Shown here piece by piece: positions 1-12,890 of a DNA stretch of 64,000 nt. The position numbers and the translations under genes are program-made. The notes under the pieces were generated by a model. It was given only the letters and a program-made list of their open reading frames with translations, was not told the origin of the DNA and made no database searches. Position 1 is the stretch's first letter. Each line of letters begins with the position of its first letter. Source of the stretch: Octopus vulgaris (taxonomy: Eukaryota); NCBI GenBank assembly GCA_951406725.2, contig OX597824.1:6386001-6450000 (forward strand). The letters are read 5' to 3'.

Positions 1-221
1 TAAAGTTACGTCTGTTGAAAAGACGGTGACATGTAATGGGGAAAGTATCTTCAAAATTAGAGATTAAATCTACAGCCGTAGTTTGTAGGAATGTATTCCG
101 ATCTTCAGAAATGAAACCCCTTCACACTGTCTCCATCCTTTATATATGTATTTGTTCCTGTATCCTTGTTTGAATATGCGTGTGTGTATATTTCTATATT
201 TGTTTGTATGTGCGAGTGGGG

Positions 222-315
222 AGAGAGTGGTTTGCTTATATATAAATATATATGGATAAATATGTGCATATATACACAAATATTTATCCATATATATTTA
301 TATATAAGCAAACCA

Positions 316-321
<6 letters not shown>
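222..321. repeat. Perfect 42-bp inverted repeat (hairpin) with 16-nt loop
   Basis: 222-263 is the exact reverse complement of 280-321. Confidence 0.9.
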
Positions 322-374
<53 letters not shown>

Positions 375-632
375 CATACATGTGTGGAGAGAGTATGTAT
401 ATAGATAAATATGTGTATATATACAAATGTACAATTATACATACACACAATAGATACAAACACACGTGCACATGATATGTGTCTGTGTGTAAGAAATATC
501 ATGCTCCTTGTTTATTTTTTTCAAGCATTCTTCAGTTACATTTTGTCTCTCTGAATATTTATTTCTGAATAGTTATCCATAAGTACCACACACTTGCATA
601 AACATACATACATACATACATACATACATACA

Positions 633-683
<51 letters not shown>

Positions 684-688
<5 letters not shown>

Positions 689-1976
689 TTATATAGAAGG
701 AGCTTCTACAGGACTAGAACTGTTTCATTCAAGAGAAATCTTCAGGAAGCTAGTTAACAAGAATTGTATTGGCATTTATACATTTAGGCAGGTTTAAAGG
801 GGTGGTGGTGGGGGACTTTTGGGGGGTAGGCATAGCGCAAAATATCATACTTGGGGGAGTGGTCAAGGACTCAGTGGTAAATTAGATAAAAGAATAAATA
901 AAAAAATTAAAAAATATATATAAAAAAGAATAGAGTTTTAGGTAAATAAGGAGATTCTCACTTATACCTATACACATATGTATACATATATACACACACA
1001 TACATACATATATACATACACACATACATACATACACACACATATACATATATATACACATACACATACACATACATATACATATCTACACATACACATA
1101 TATATATATATACATACACTCACTCACATGCATACACGTATACACACATGTATATATACACACACGACCACACATACATATACACACAGAAAAATATATA
1201 TACATACACACATACACACATGCACACACAGCACACTAGTCCCTATATACACATATATACACATACACACATATATATACATACACATACATATACATAC
1301 ATATATATATATATATACATATGCGTACCTATACATACCTACACATACACACATATATATACATACAAATACAGACCCATTCCCTAATTTTAATTTTATT
1401 ATCTTCATTTATTACTTTTGTTATCTTTGACCGCTGGTCCCAAGGATCTTGGCTATGACAGCAAGTCCATTTATCTGTCTACTTGAAAACAAGCACTCAT
1501 TCACGCACGCACACTCATTAGCACGTACACTCACTCATTCGTACACTCATACACATACACGCACGCACGCGTTATATTCATACATACATACATCTACATA
1601 CATTCACGTATATACACATACGTACGCGTACCTACAGATTCATGTCTACACTCTTAGAAGGCTATTCTATACATATACACCAATAAATATATATATACAC
1701 ACATACATATACACCTACATACAAATACATACATATATATATATATATATATACATACATATATATACACATATATATACACATATATATATATACACAA
1801 ATATATATACACACATATATATACACACATACACATACATAAATATACACACATACACATACATACGTATACATACATACATACATCCATACAACCATAC
1901 ATACATACATTTATACACATACACACACCCATATATATATATACACACACATACATATACATGCATACATATACAA
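684..1976. repeat. Left arm of ~1.3-kb inverted repeat
   Basis: Reverse complement of ~3391-4690, including the unique segments 684-975 and 1370-1700. The ORF track shows mirrored peptides ([16 protein letters not shown] on both strands). Confidence 0.9.
701..751 (-). ncRNA. Type I hammerhead ribozyme motif (inverted copy of 4623-4673)
   Basis: AGCUUC-CUGAAGA-stem II-GAAA-CAG..CUG-UA-GAAGCU on the minus strand. Confidence 0.75.
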
Positions 1977-2075
1977 GGCCCTCTCCTTAACAAAATCTCA
2001 GAACACTCCCCAAATTGCATGCATAAGAAGTATGAGAACTACAAGAACTATAGACCTACCCGGCAACCAGATTGA
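1425..2075 (+). pseudogene. Probable Penelope-like GIY-YIG C-terminal remnant split by microsatellite
   Basis: Fragments 'FICLLENKH' and 'QGPLLNKISEHSPNCMHKKY' resemble the CxLCLxEK...LLNKRxE...CxH tail of Penelope ORFs. Confidence 0.4.
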
Positions 2076-2290
2076 TGACACCCCACCCACAAAACCCCCC
2101 AATCCCACAGTTCCCCTAGCACCCCCGATTACCTTTTCTCCTAAGACCTTTCACATATTGTATGTGCACGCTTGTATATGTGTATCGTATATATGTATAG
2201 AAATGTATGGGTATAGTAGGAATATACGCATGTATTATGTGTGTGTGTGTGTGTATGTATGTAAAAATATATATATATATATGTATGTGC

Positions 2291-2321
<31 letters not shown>

Positions 2322-2695
2322 TATATGTATATATGTATATACGTGTGTATGCATATGTATGTGTATATGTATGTGTGTATGTATGTGTATGTAGGTATAA
2401 AATATTATATAATTAGGGCTTAGTAAAATAAATTACTTTGCCACATACTGAACTTTCTGGAAATAGCAGCCAAAAAAGTTTTTTAGCCTCTTCCACTACT
2501 TAGAGAATATTTTCCCTCAGACATTGTTTACTCAAAATAATAATGGTCCTTTTACATACTGAATACTTGGTGAAATTGATTAATAACTAATTAACTTTAC
2601 CCTCAATTGTTGATATATGTATGTGTGTGTATGTATATGTATATATATATATGTACATGTATGTATATGTGTATGTATGTATATATATATGTATG

Positions 2696-2768
<73 letters not shown>

Positions 2769-2995
2769 ATATGTGTATTATGTATATATTTATATATATA
2801 TATATATGTATATAGGTATATGTATGTGTGTGTGTATATGTATATATGTGTATATATATGAGTGTACGCGAGTATGTCGATGTATATGTAGGTATGTAGA
2901 GTTATGTGTATGTGCATGTATGTGAGTGTAGATACAAATTGTAGATGTGTATATATATATGTATGTGTATATGTACATGTATATAGGTATATGTA

Positions 2996-3048
<53 letters not shown>

Positions 3049-3390
3049 GCGAGTATGTAGAGATATAAGTATGTGCATGTGTATATATATGTGTGTATAT
3101 ATATGTATAGGTATGTGTATGTGTATGTATGTATATATATATGTGTGTGTGTATGTATGCATATATGTATGTATGTATGTATATGTGTATGTATATATGT
3201 GTGTAAGTGTGTGCATATATGTATATGTAAGTGTGTGTGCGTGTATGAGTATGTATGTATATTTGCACACATGTATATGTGTGTGTGTGTATATATGGAT
3301 GCGCGTGTGTGTGTGTGTGTATGGGTACGCATGTACATGTGTATGTGCGTGTATGTGTATATGTGTATGTATGTATGTGTGTGCGTATAT

Positions 3391-4059
3391 TTGTATATGT
3401 ATGTATGTATATGTATGTATGTGTGTGTATATATATATATGGGTGTGTGTATGTGTATAAATGTATGTATGTATGGATGTATGGATGTATGTATGTATGT
3501 ATACGTATGTATGTGTATGTGTGTATATGTATGTATGTGTATGTGTGTATATATATATGTGTGTATATATGTTTGTGTATATATATATATGTGTATATGT
3601 GTGTGTATATATATGTATGTGTATATATATATATATATATATGTATGTATTTGTATGTAGGTGTATATGTATGTGTGTATATATATATTTATTGGTGTAT
3701 ATGTATAGACTAGCCTTCTAAGAGTGTAGACATGAATCTGTAGGTACGCGTACGTATGTGTATATACGTGAATGTATGTAGATGTATGTATGTATGAATA
3801 TAACGCGTGCGTGCGTGTATGTGTATGAGTGTACGAATGAGTGAGTGTACGTGCTAATGAGTGTGCGTGCGTGAATGAGTGCTTGTTTTCAAGTAGACAG
3901 ATAAATGGACTTGCTGTCATAGCCAAGATCCTTGGGACCAGCGGTCAAAGATAACAAAAGTAATAAATGAAGATAATAAAATTAAAATTAGGGAATGGGT
4001 CTGTATTTGTATGTATATATATATGTGTGTATGTGTAGGTATGTATAGGTACACATATG

Positions 4060-4090
<31 letters not shown>

Positions 4091-4690
4091 ATGTATGTGT
4101 ATGTATATATATGTGTGTATGTGTATATATGTGTATATAGGGACTAGTGTGCTGTGTGTGCATGTGTGTATGTGTGTATGTATATATATTTTTCTGTGTG
4201 TATATGTATGTGTGGTCGTGTGTGTATATATACATGTGTGTATACGTGTATGCATGTGAGTGAGTGTATGTATATATATATATGTGTATGTGTAGATATG
4301 TATATGTATGTGTATGTGTATATATATGTATATGTGTGTGTGTGTATGTATGTGTGTATGTATATATGTATGTATGTGTGTGTATATATGTATACATATG
4401 TGTATAGGTATAAGTGAGAATCTCCTTATTTACCTAAAACTCTATTCTTTTTTATATATATTTTTTATTATTTTATTTATTCTTTTATCTAATTTACCAC
4501 TGACTCCTTGACCACTCCCCCAAGTATGATATTTTGCGCTATGCCTACCCCCAAAAAGTCCCCCACCACCACCCCTTTAAACCTGCCTAAATGTATAAAT
4601 GCCAATACAATTCTTGTTAACTAGCTTCCTGAAGATTTCTCTTGAATGAAACAGTTCTAGTCCTGTAGAAGCTCCTTCTATATAATAAAT
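3391..4690. repeat. Right arm of ~1.3-kb inverted repeat
   Basis: Ends ccttctatataataaat (4690), the reverse complement of 684-700. A few substitutions and microsatellite length differences relative to the left arm. Confidence 0.9.
4623..4673 (+). ncRNA. Type I hammerhead ribozyme motif
   Basis: Stem I AGCUUC/GAAGCU, core CUGAAGA (4629-4635), weak stem II UUC/GAA with a U-U closing position, GAAA, stem III ACAG/CUGU, cleavage triplet GUA (after 4667). Confidence 0.75.
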
Positions 4691-4786
4691 TAATTTTACT
4701 CTGCTATGTATTGAGTACCTTACTTCCTGTGGTTAACCCCGAATCAACCCGGGACCTACATATATATATATATATATATATATATA

Positions 4787-5190
4787 GGCGCAGGAATGGT
4801 TGTATGGTAAGTAGCTTGCTTACCAACCACATAGTTCTGGGTTCATTCTCACTGCGTGGCACTTTGGCAAATGCCTTCTACTACAGCCTCGGGCCGACCA
4901 AGGCCTTGTGAGTGGATTCGTTAGACGGAAACTGAAAAAAGCCCGTCGTATATATGTTCATATATATATTTTTATGTGTGTGTGTATGTTTGTGTGCCTG
5001 TTTTTGTCTCCACAATCTCGCTTGGCAACCGGTGCTGGTGTATTTCCGTCCCCGTAACTTAGAGGTTGGGCAAAAGACACCGATATAATAAGTACTAAGC
5101 TTAAAAAGAATAAGTCTTGAGGTCGATTTGCTCGACTAAAGGCGGTGCTCCAGCATGGCCGCAGTCAAGTGACTGAAACAAGTAAAAGAG
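4787..5190 (+). mobile_element. tRNA-derived SINE, family A, full length
   Basis: tRNA-like head (ggcgcagga..tggtaag..gggttca), central microsatellite and tail ending gactgaaacaagtaaaagag. Many homologous copies in the window. Confidence 0.85.
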
Positions 5191-5255
5191 TATATATATA
5201 TATGAATGCATATATACATATACGCATACATATGCATGCATATAGATATGTAAGT

Positions 5256-5297
<42 letters not shown>

Positions 5298-6396
5298 ATA
5301 TATTAAACGGTGTTGCTATTAAAGTATATGGGATATTCCGTCAACGGAGACAAATAGGGAAAATGTGAAAGGTATAGATTAATGAAACGACGACATTAAT
5401 TCCTATACACACACGCACTCATATGAATATCTGCATCAATACATTATATATGTACCAGCATGCTTTATTCGATTGACCTATATATGCACTTTTACTTGTA
5501 TTTTCATTTTCTTTGAGCTTTGTCTTTTTTAACAATCTCTATGAATTAATCTCATCGGCTGTTCTACTTGCACTGCATGTCATCTAATACATCTTACGTA
5601 TATCTGTGATTATTTATAAAAGATGGATCTACTGTCTTAGGCATTCAATTATATCTCAATATCTGCGTTCTTTTACTTTCTGAAAAAAAAGCACTCAGGT
5701 TCCATATTTCCGGGGAAGTTTCTTATCTACAGCCCAAATGTAATTTATTCTGCCTTTACCTTTTATTAGTTATGAATAAGAACGTGGCTCTAATAGTAAA
5801 TTAAAATATATGACTCGCTTTTAAAACTTCTACGCTTAACCCATATTTTTTTTTTTACGTTGAAACCAAGCACAAGAACATTGTACTATACACACACTTA
5901 TATATGCATTTATGTTAATGGAATGATTAGAGTGAAGCCTTGTGTGATGTTACTTTAGATAAAACTATTTATGCTAAGACCGAAACAATCCGAATGAATT
6001 ACAAAGTGAACAACAAAAGGGAAAAGAGAATATCAGCAGAAGATTGTATTTCTGAAATACACGCCATGACTTCGCGTGTTGTTCTACTTTCGCTTTTGAA
6101 GTTCGGTCTGTTTCATTTCACATTATTTTGACCTTTTCAAAAGGAAAACAGTTTCCGCTCATATATATGTATATATATAAGTGTGTGTATGTGTGTGTGC
6201 GTATGTATGTGTATATGTATGCATATATATGTATACTATATGCATATGTATGTATACTATATGTATATACAATTTTATATATTTATAAATACATATATAT
6301 AAAATATATATGTGTGTGTGTGCCTGTATATATATATATATGTGTGTGTGCGCGCGTGTGTGTGTACGTGTGCTTGTGTGTGTGTGTTTTTGGAGG

Positions 6397-6745
6397 GGGC
6401 CAGTGGTTAGAACAACGGAGTTGTGTTCGTAGGATCGCGGTTTCGATTTCCAGACCGGTCGTTGCGAGTGTTTATTGAGCGAAAACACCTAAAACTCCAC
6501 GATGCTCCAGCAGGGGGGGGGGCAAAACCTGCTGTACTCTTTCACCACAAGCTTCTCTCAAACTTTCATCCTGTTTCTGCTGCACCTGTATTTCAAAGGG
6601 CCAACCTTATCACACTCTGTGATAAGGTTAAGGGTACACGTATTTGTGGAGTGCTCGGCCACTTGCACATTAATTTCACGAGCGGGCTGTTCTGTTGATC
6701 GCATCTACTGGAAACCTCGTCATCGTAACCGACGGAGTGCCAGGC
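6397..6745 (+). mobile_element. tRNA-derived SINE (family C)
   Basis: A-box-like ggccagtggttag and B-box-like gtttcgattt, then gtgtttattgagcgaaaacacctaa shared with 50935-50970. Confidence 0.6.
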
Positions 6746-6749
6746 TATG

Positions 6750-6833
<84 letters not shown>

Positions 6834-6974
6834 TGGTGTCTCCTGTCGAAGACGACGTATGAGCGTTCAACTTTTTTCCCGAACGACCCGCACAAATGAA
6901 TTATTTATAAATGATCAAATGTTCGTACCGCACACTAACTCACTTCTCTCCATCAGATCTTTGTTACCTGAACA

Positions 6975-7120
6975 GAATCACAGTGTACCGTGCATCAGGT
7001 GTCAAAGTGATCACAGCGCAACGTAAGATGAAGTGTTTCGCTTAAGAACACAAACCACCACCCGCTCTTGGAATTCAAAGTACGATTTCGCGATCGTGAG
7101 CACAGCACTCTATCCACTAG

Positions 7121-7124
<4 letters not shown>
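6975..7124 (-). mobile_element. tRNA-derived SINE head fragment
   Basis: Minus strand reads ggcctagtggatagagtgctg..tttgaattcc..gtgttcttaagcgaaacact. Similar heads near 32080-32190 and 57900-58030. Confidence 0.55.
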
Positions 7125-7190
<66 letters not shown>

Positions 7191-7249
7191 TTCATTATGT
7201 ATATATATATATACATACATACATACATACATATACACATATATGTAAA

Positions 7250-7395
7250 TTGTTTCTTTCTGTGTTCCTTTCTGTGGAAAGTGTAGGCTCGAAATGTTAA
7301 AGACTTTTTCACTTCACGAGCGTTATACTAATACATCTGTTTGTTTTCTACACCACTTGTCTTCGTCTTTTGTTGTTTTTTTGTGAATTTTATAT
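7250..7395 (+). mobile_element. Penelope-like tail, family D, with decayed hammerhead motif (7264-7304)
   Basis: Homologous to 39340-39532. Reads ctttCTGTGGAaagtgtaggctcGAAAtgttaaag and is flanked by (TA)n. Confidence 0.6.
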
Positions 7396-7499
7396 ATATA
7401 TATATGTACATTCATACATACACTACATATACAAATATATATGTATATATATATTTATATATATATATATATATGTACTACTCTACATATACATCTATA

Positions 7500-7561
<62 letters not shown>

Positions 7562-7753
7562 AAATAGAAAGATGAATAATCTTGTAGTAGATTAATCAAA
7601 AGTTTAACCGATACCTTGGTAGCAAAAATCACAGCAGTAAACAGCACGGTTGGAGGTACAACCATATGGTGTTGCAACCGTGCGTTGGTGCGGATAATTG
7701 AAATTAAAATATTATTGGTGAATTGAAGAAATGGAGCTGAACGCAGATTGAAC

Positions 7754-7951
7754 AGAAATCGTTTTATTTCATTCTACACGTGTTTCGAAAGGCACAATTT
7801 ACCAAAATCCGATTGAATAATGGGACCATATTGTGTCTTTCTCTTCAGGAAGAAATAGGAAATCCGTTGGAAAAAACAATGGTCCCATTATTCAATCAGA
7901 TTTTGGTAAATTGTGCCTTTCGAAACACGTGTAGAATGAAATAAAACGATT

Positions 7952-7954
<3 letters not shown>
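7754..7954. repeat. 76-bp inverted repeat (7754-7829 / 7879-7954)
   Basis: Arms are near-perfect reverse complements. The right arm carries only the 3' half of the hammerhead, resembling an inverted truncated Penelope pLTR. Confidence 0.85.
7765..7857 (-). ncRNA. Type I hammerhead with long stem II and palindromic stem III
   Basis: uauuucuuc-CUGAAGA-gaaagacacaau...auugugccuuuc-GAAA-cacgug-UA-gaaugaaaua. Stem III is the palindrome ACACGUGU. Confidence 0.8.
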
Positions 7955-7982
<28 letters not shown>

Positions 7983-8772
7983 CAATCTATCTATATATAC
8001 ATACATAGAAACATACATGCATATATACATACATACATACATACATATATATATATACATATACTTATATATGTATGTATGTATGTACGTATGCATGATG
8101 TATGCATGATCTGTATATGAGAGTATACGCATGTATGTATATATGTATGGATAACTGTCGGCAAAAGTGTGATTCGTACCATAGCAGAGATTAATAATGC
8201 ATTCTATTTTGATCGAGTCAGTATCTTGTTACTCTGAGTTCCAGCTATGCGCAAGATCTCGAGACAAATTATAACATGACTGATGTTTTTTTATAGCCAC
8301 GGGCGAAACTCACAGTAGCAACACACACAAAATAATATATATACATACATACAACCAAAACAATATATATATATATATATATAATATATATGTAATATAT
8401 AAGCGTGTGTATATGAGTGTGTGTATGTGTGTGCGTGTGTGTGCTTGTGTGTGTATAGTGAGTTTTACATTTAAATTGCCTAAGTTACTAATACTTAGAA
8501 CTCAATGTGTATTCCTTATATACCAAAAGGATGTAGGGATGCTGGGATGCTGGGATGTTGGGATGCTGGGGAGGGGCTTGGAATTAGTCCGACTTTCCGT
8601 TGATTAGATTTCACAGCTGGATCGCTCACATCGTAAAGATACAAAGCAAAACAGGAGTTTCTGTTCAGCAAATGTTTACTTATTCTATTATTTAACGCGT
8701 TTCCTTAGTAATGAAACGACGTAAACCTGGTGTCACGTGTTTTTGTTTTGTTTTCCATTTATATCTCTATCA

Positions 8773-8815
<43 letters not shown>

Positions 8816-9072
8816 CTAGAAATATATTGAGAGAAATGGATCTGATGAATGTAGCATTAATATTTTTAGATCATTCAGTTATTCTTGATTGATTAGTAAG
8901 CTTATCACTAACGTAGTAACGTACCAATAATGACTAGCGGAAACAGTTGTAAGCCAATAAAGGAAAAATATATTATGACTATCATTTTTCACTTGTTTCT
9001 TATACACGCACACACACACACGCACACACACACACACGCACACACACACACACACGCATACACACACACACA

Positions 9073-9215
9073 TATACGATGGGCTTCTTTCAGTTTCCGT
9101 CTCAAATCAACTCACAAAGCTTTGGTCGGCCCGAGGCTATAGTAGAAGACACATACCCTAGGTGCCACGCAGTGGGACTGAACCCGGAGCCATGAAGTTG
9201 GAAAGCAACCTACTT
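9073..9215 (-). mobile_element. SINE family A, partial
   Basis: Reverse complement of the family A head (gggcttctttcagtttccgtc..gtgggactgaacccgg). Confidence 0.8.
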
Positions 9216-9772
9216 TATTTCATAAATATTTGCCATGAAGGCATTACAAAGAAGGAACGAACAAGAACAGACAAACATAAAAGGGTGAAGTAGCTGCAGC
9301 GATTAAATATTTACAATTTATAAAATAATTTAATGAATATGTTTATAACTTTTGACTTAAGCGTTGCTCATTACAAATGAAATTTGCAATGGCTTCTCTG
9401 AAGGACAGGCATCCAACCACCGGGGCAGACCCCCTGCTTTTTCTTTCCTGTTTTTGGCTTCCACTTACCTGGTGCCAAACACTCCCAGCTTCCTCGCCAC
9501 AGGCTTCCATCTTCTCATGAATCTGTCTCGTGACAGGTACCTTTTCTCCAGCCTGATCTTATTACTGAGGTAGTAACTAAAAAGTTAACCAACCCCTGGC
9601 CGGATACAAAGGTACCCGACAATATGCCTCTCACACGCGTCTTCCATACTGTTTCTTTCAGTATGACTACTACGCAGAAAAAGCAAGCCTTCCTTTCCCT
9701 GTCCTGCCCGCATCTCAGGCATGTCGGTGAGACGGCACTTCCATGCCTTCACACAGCCACTCCTGTGCCTGA

Positions 9773-10462
9773 GCACTTAAATTAAGTATAGAAGACCTGA
9801 GACAAACAAAACCAAAAAAGAAAGAAAAATTAAAAACCCTTCCCTACATCTCTACACACAACCCACTTAACAATGAGGCCTTCAACACCATACTACAAAG
9901 CACAGCCCTACTAAAGGGAGATCCAAAGATGAACCGGATCCTCGAAACACACACCATCATTAAAAGTAAACGGCAACCAAAATCCTTTAAAAAGACTTTA
10001 ACCCAAGCTAAACTGCACTCAACAACAACCACAAAACCTGCAGTTAGAAAATGTGGAAAGCCCAACTGCGGAATCTGTGTCATCTTGGTAGAATGTTCAG
10101 AATTCACATTAGAATAAGGCCATCAGTTTACCATCAGAACAAACTTCACCTGTGCATCAGAAAACTTAATTTACGTCTTAACATGCGCAGGGTGCAATAG
10201 GCAGTATATAGGCCATACAAAAAACAGCTTACGAAAAAGGATGGCGGTGCATAAATCCCAAATTAGAAACCCTGATTACCGGAAAATACCGGTCAGCGGA
10301 CACATAGATAGATGTGCTTCAAATAAAAATCCCAAATTCACAACTTGCCCACTTTACAAATTCAGTGACAGCGTAACCTTCACTCAACGCCAAAATAAAG
10401 AACTTTATTTCATTAGAAACTTCGGACACCCTCATTTGAACACCCTGGGCCAGGAATATTAA
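9773..10462 (+). pseudogene. Penelope-like (Neptune-type) linker and GIY-YIG endonuclease remnant
   Basis: One frame with an internal stop at 10115-10117: LPYISTHNP..RQPKSFKKTL..KCGKPNCGIC..FTCASENLIYVLTCAGCNRQYIGHT..LRKRMAVHKSQI..VSGH..KELYFIRNF. Confidence 0.85.
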
Positions 10463-10500
10463 AACAATACATTGGTCTTCCGAAAAGAAAAATGGAATTC

Positions 10501-10860
10501 TACCACTACCACCACGATCACTACGACTGCTGCTACTATTACTACTACTACTACAACCACCATGGTCACTACTATTACTACTACTACTACAACCACCATG
10601 GTCACTACTATTACTACTACTACTACAACCACCATGGTCGCTACTATTACTACTACTACTACAAGCACCATGGTCGCTACTATTACTACTACTACTACAA
10701 GCACCATGGTCGCTACTATTACTACTACGATCAACAACAGTCCTCCACTACTGCTGCTGCTGCTACTGCCACAGCTAAGCTGCTGCAACCCCAACCACCA
10801 CCACGGTTACTACTACTACGACCAACAGTCACTGCTGCTACTGCCATTTCAGCCACTGGT
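10501..10860. repeat. ACT-rich 36-bp tandem repeat in the Penelope 3' region
   Basis: Repeated ctactattactactactactacaaccaccatggtc units. Confidence 0.8.
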
Positions 10861-11046
10861 CATTCGGACACATAAGACAGCTAAAATCAACCAGAAACAA
10901 ATAAGAAACAATTATAAACTTTTTTATTACACTCAACTTTAAACTTACAGCTATTATGCTTACTACCGACAAAACACCACCACGTGGATTCTGTTGAGAC
11001 CAGTAAGGAACAATTATGAACTCTTTTATTACACATAACTTTTTAA

Positions 11047-11099
11047 AATATTTTTGATAAGGTTCGTTTTTTCAAGAAGAACCGAAACATGTAAAATTT
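11047..11099 (+). ncRNA. Minimal hammerhead motif, U3-A8 core variant, at the Neptune 3' end
   Basis: auuu-UUGAUAA-gguuc..gaacc-GAAA-caug-UA-aaau. Palindromic stem III ACAUGU. Confidence 0.6.
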
Positions 11100-11144
11100 C
11101 TAAGAAAATTAAAATTTATCTTATATAGTGGCGTTTTCAAACTT

Positions 11145-11266
<122 letters not shown>

Positions 11267-12268
11267 CGTACTGGGGTGAGATACAAGAGAAGATTTACAA
11301 CGTCGTAAACAGCGGTAGTTAATGCCTTGACAGTTTATTATTTAACGTCAGTCAGACATTTACGACGAAAGCCTCGAATGTGAACTTATATTTATCGAAC
11401 TAATGATATTGAATACTTACATTTTTCTTACTATATTTATGTGTATATATGTGTGCTTGTGTGTGTGCTTGTGTGTGCATAGTGAGTTTTACATTCAATA
11501 TCTCCCTTTACATATGCATGGTATAGAATCCTTATTACTATATTTACCTTCGCTGTCTTGTTTAGCCTCAAGTTCAGACCCTGGATGCCCAAAACTGCTT
11601 ATATAACGTAATTCTCTAAATCTGTTTTTCTTTGCCCTGTTAGTATCTTTATTTCTTTCAAACTCATACATTTGTTTCAGATACAAAACACGGATTTTAT
11701 TTGTACCGCCTCAAGATATTTCGTTTCATATTTTACATTATCAAAATGTTATGTCTTTTACCAGATTTTTATTTCACATTTTCTTTCTGACTTTTTATTT
11801 TTTATTTTTATCAACTTTCGATTTAAAACAAAATTATATGTATTTTTCAAAATATTCAGCTTCCCTGACTCAGTTATATTTTTTAAGTTGAAAAGATTTG
11901 AATATTTTGAAATTTTCATGTTATATGAAACAGACCTAACATCTCTTTTAACAGTGATAAAAATATTTTTGCTGTTCTTATCTCACCAACTGATGATATT
12001 TTAACTTTACTGAAATTAAATATTTGATAATAGAGAATATTGAAAAGTTTTGAAAAGATAGTATTTTTAAACTTATTTATTGATATCCTTCAAAAGAAAT
12101 TTTTTATCTTAATGCCTCATATTGTTATGCTTTATATTATTCTGTCTGATTCTTACAAACCTTGGCCTCCTCAAAATATCGAGTTTCATAGATCTGGCTT
12201 TTTTCATATGCATTCAGTCCCCAGGATAATCTACTTGTCATAACTATATCAGGCACTTCTTCTCACTA

Positions 12269-12890
12269 GGCGGTGAGCTGGCAAAAAACGTTAGCACGCC
12301 GGGCGAAATGCTTAGCGGTATTTTGTCTGTCGTTACGTTCTGAGTTCAAATTCAGCCGAGGTCGACTTTGCCTTTCATCCTTTCGGGGTCGATTAAATAA
12401 GTACCAGTTACGCACTGAGGTCGATATATTCGACTTGATCCGTTTGTCTGTCTTTGTTTGTCCTCTCTCTGTTTAGCCCCTTGTGGGTAGTAAAGAAATA
12501 GGCGGCGAGCTGGCAGAAACGTTAGCATGCCGGGCGAAATGCGTGGCCGTATTTCGTCTGCCGTTACGTTCTGAGTTCAAATTCCGCCGAGGTCGACTTT
12601 GCCATTCATCCTTTCCGGCTCGATTAAATAAGTACCAGTTACGCACTGAGGTCGATATAATCGCCTTAATCCGTTTGTCTGTCTTTGTTTGTCCTCTCTC
12701 TGTTTTGCCCCTTGTGGGTAGTAAAGAAATAGGTATTTCGTCTGTCTTTACGTTTTGAGTTCAAATTTCGCCGAGGTCGACTTTGGTTGCCTTTCATACT
12801 TTCGAGGTCGATAAATTCGGTGCTGGGGTCACTCTCATCGACTGGCCCCCTCCCCCAAAATTTCTGGCCTTGTGCCTAGAGTAGAAAAGA
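12269..12890 (+). mobile_element. Tandem/nested SINE family B copies (12269-12500, 12501-12731, plus remainder of an older copy)
   Basis: Head ggcggcgagctggcagaaacgttagc, B-box gagttcaaattcc, core gcctttcatcctttcggggtcgat..aagtaccag, tail gggtagtaaagaaata. Confidence 0.85.

Noticed and set aside
978-4417. Many long ORFs (up to 378 aa) rich in Y/I/H/T or C/V/M
   Set aside because: They are translations of (TA)/(CA)/(TATG) microsatellites. The same applies to the poly-I/Y/L/N/S ORFs at 37-38, 44, 47 and 55 kb.
10472-10942. Thr-rich mucin-like ORF
   Set aside because: It is produced by an ACT-based tandem repeat inside a Penelope 3' region.
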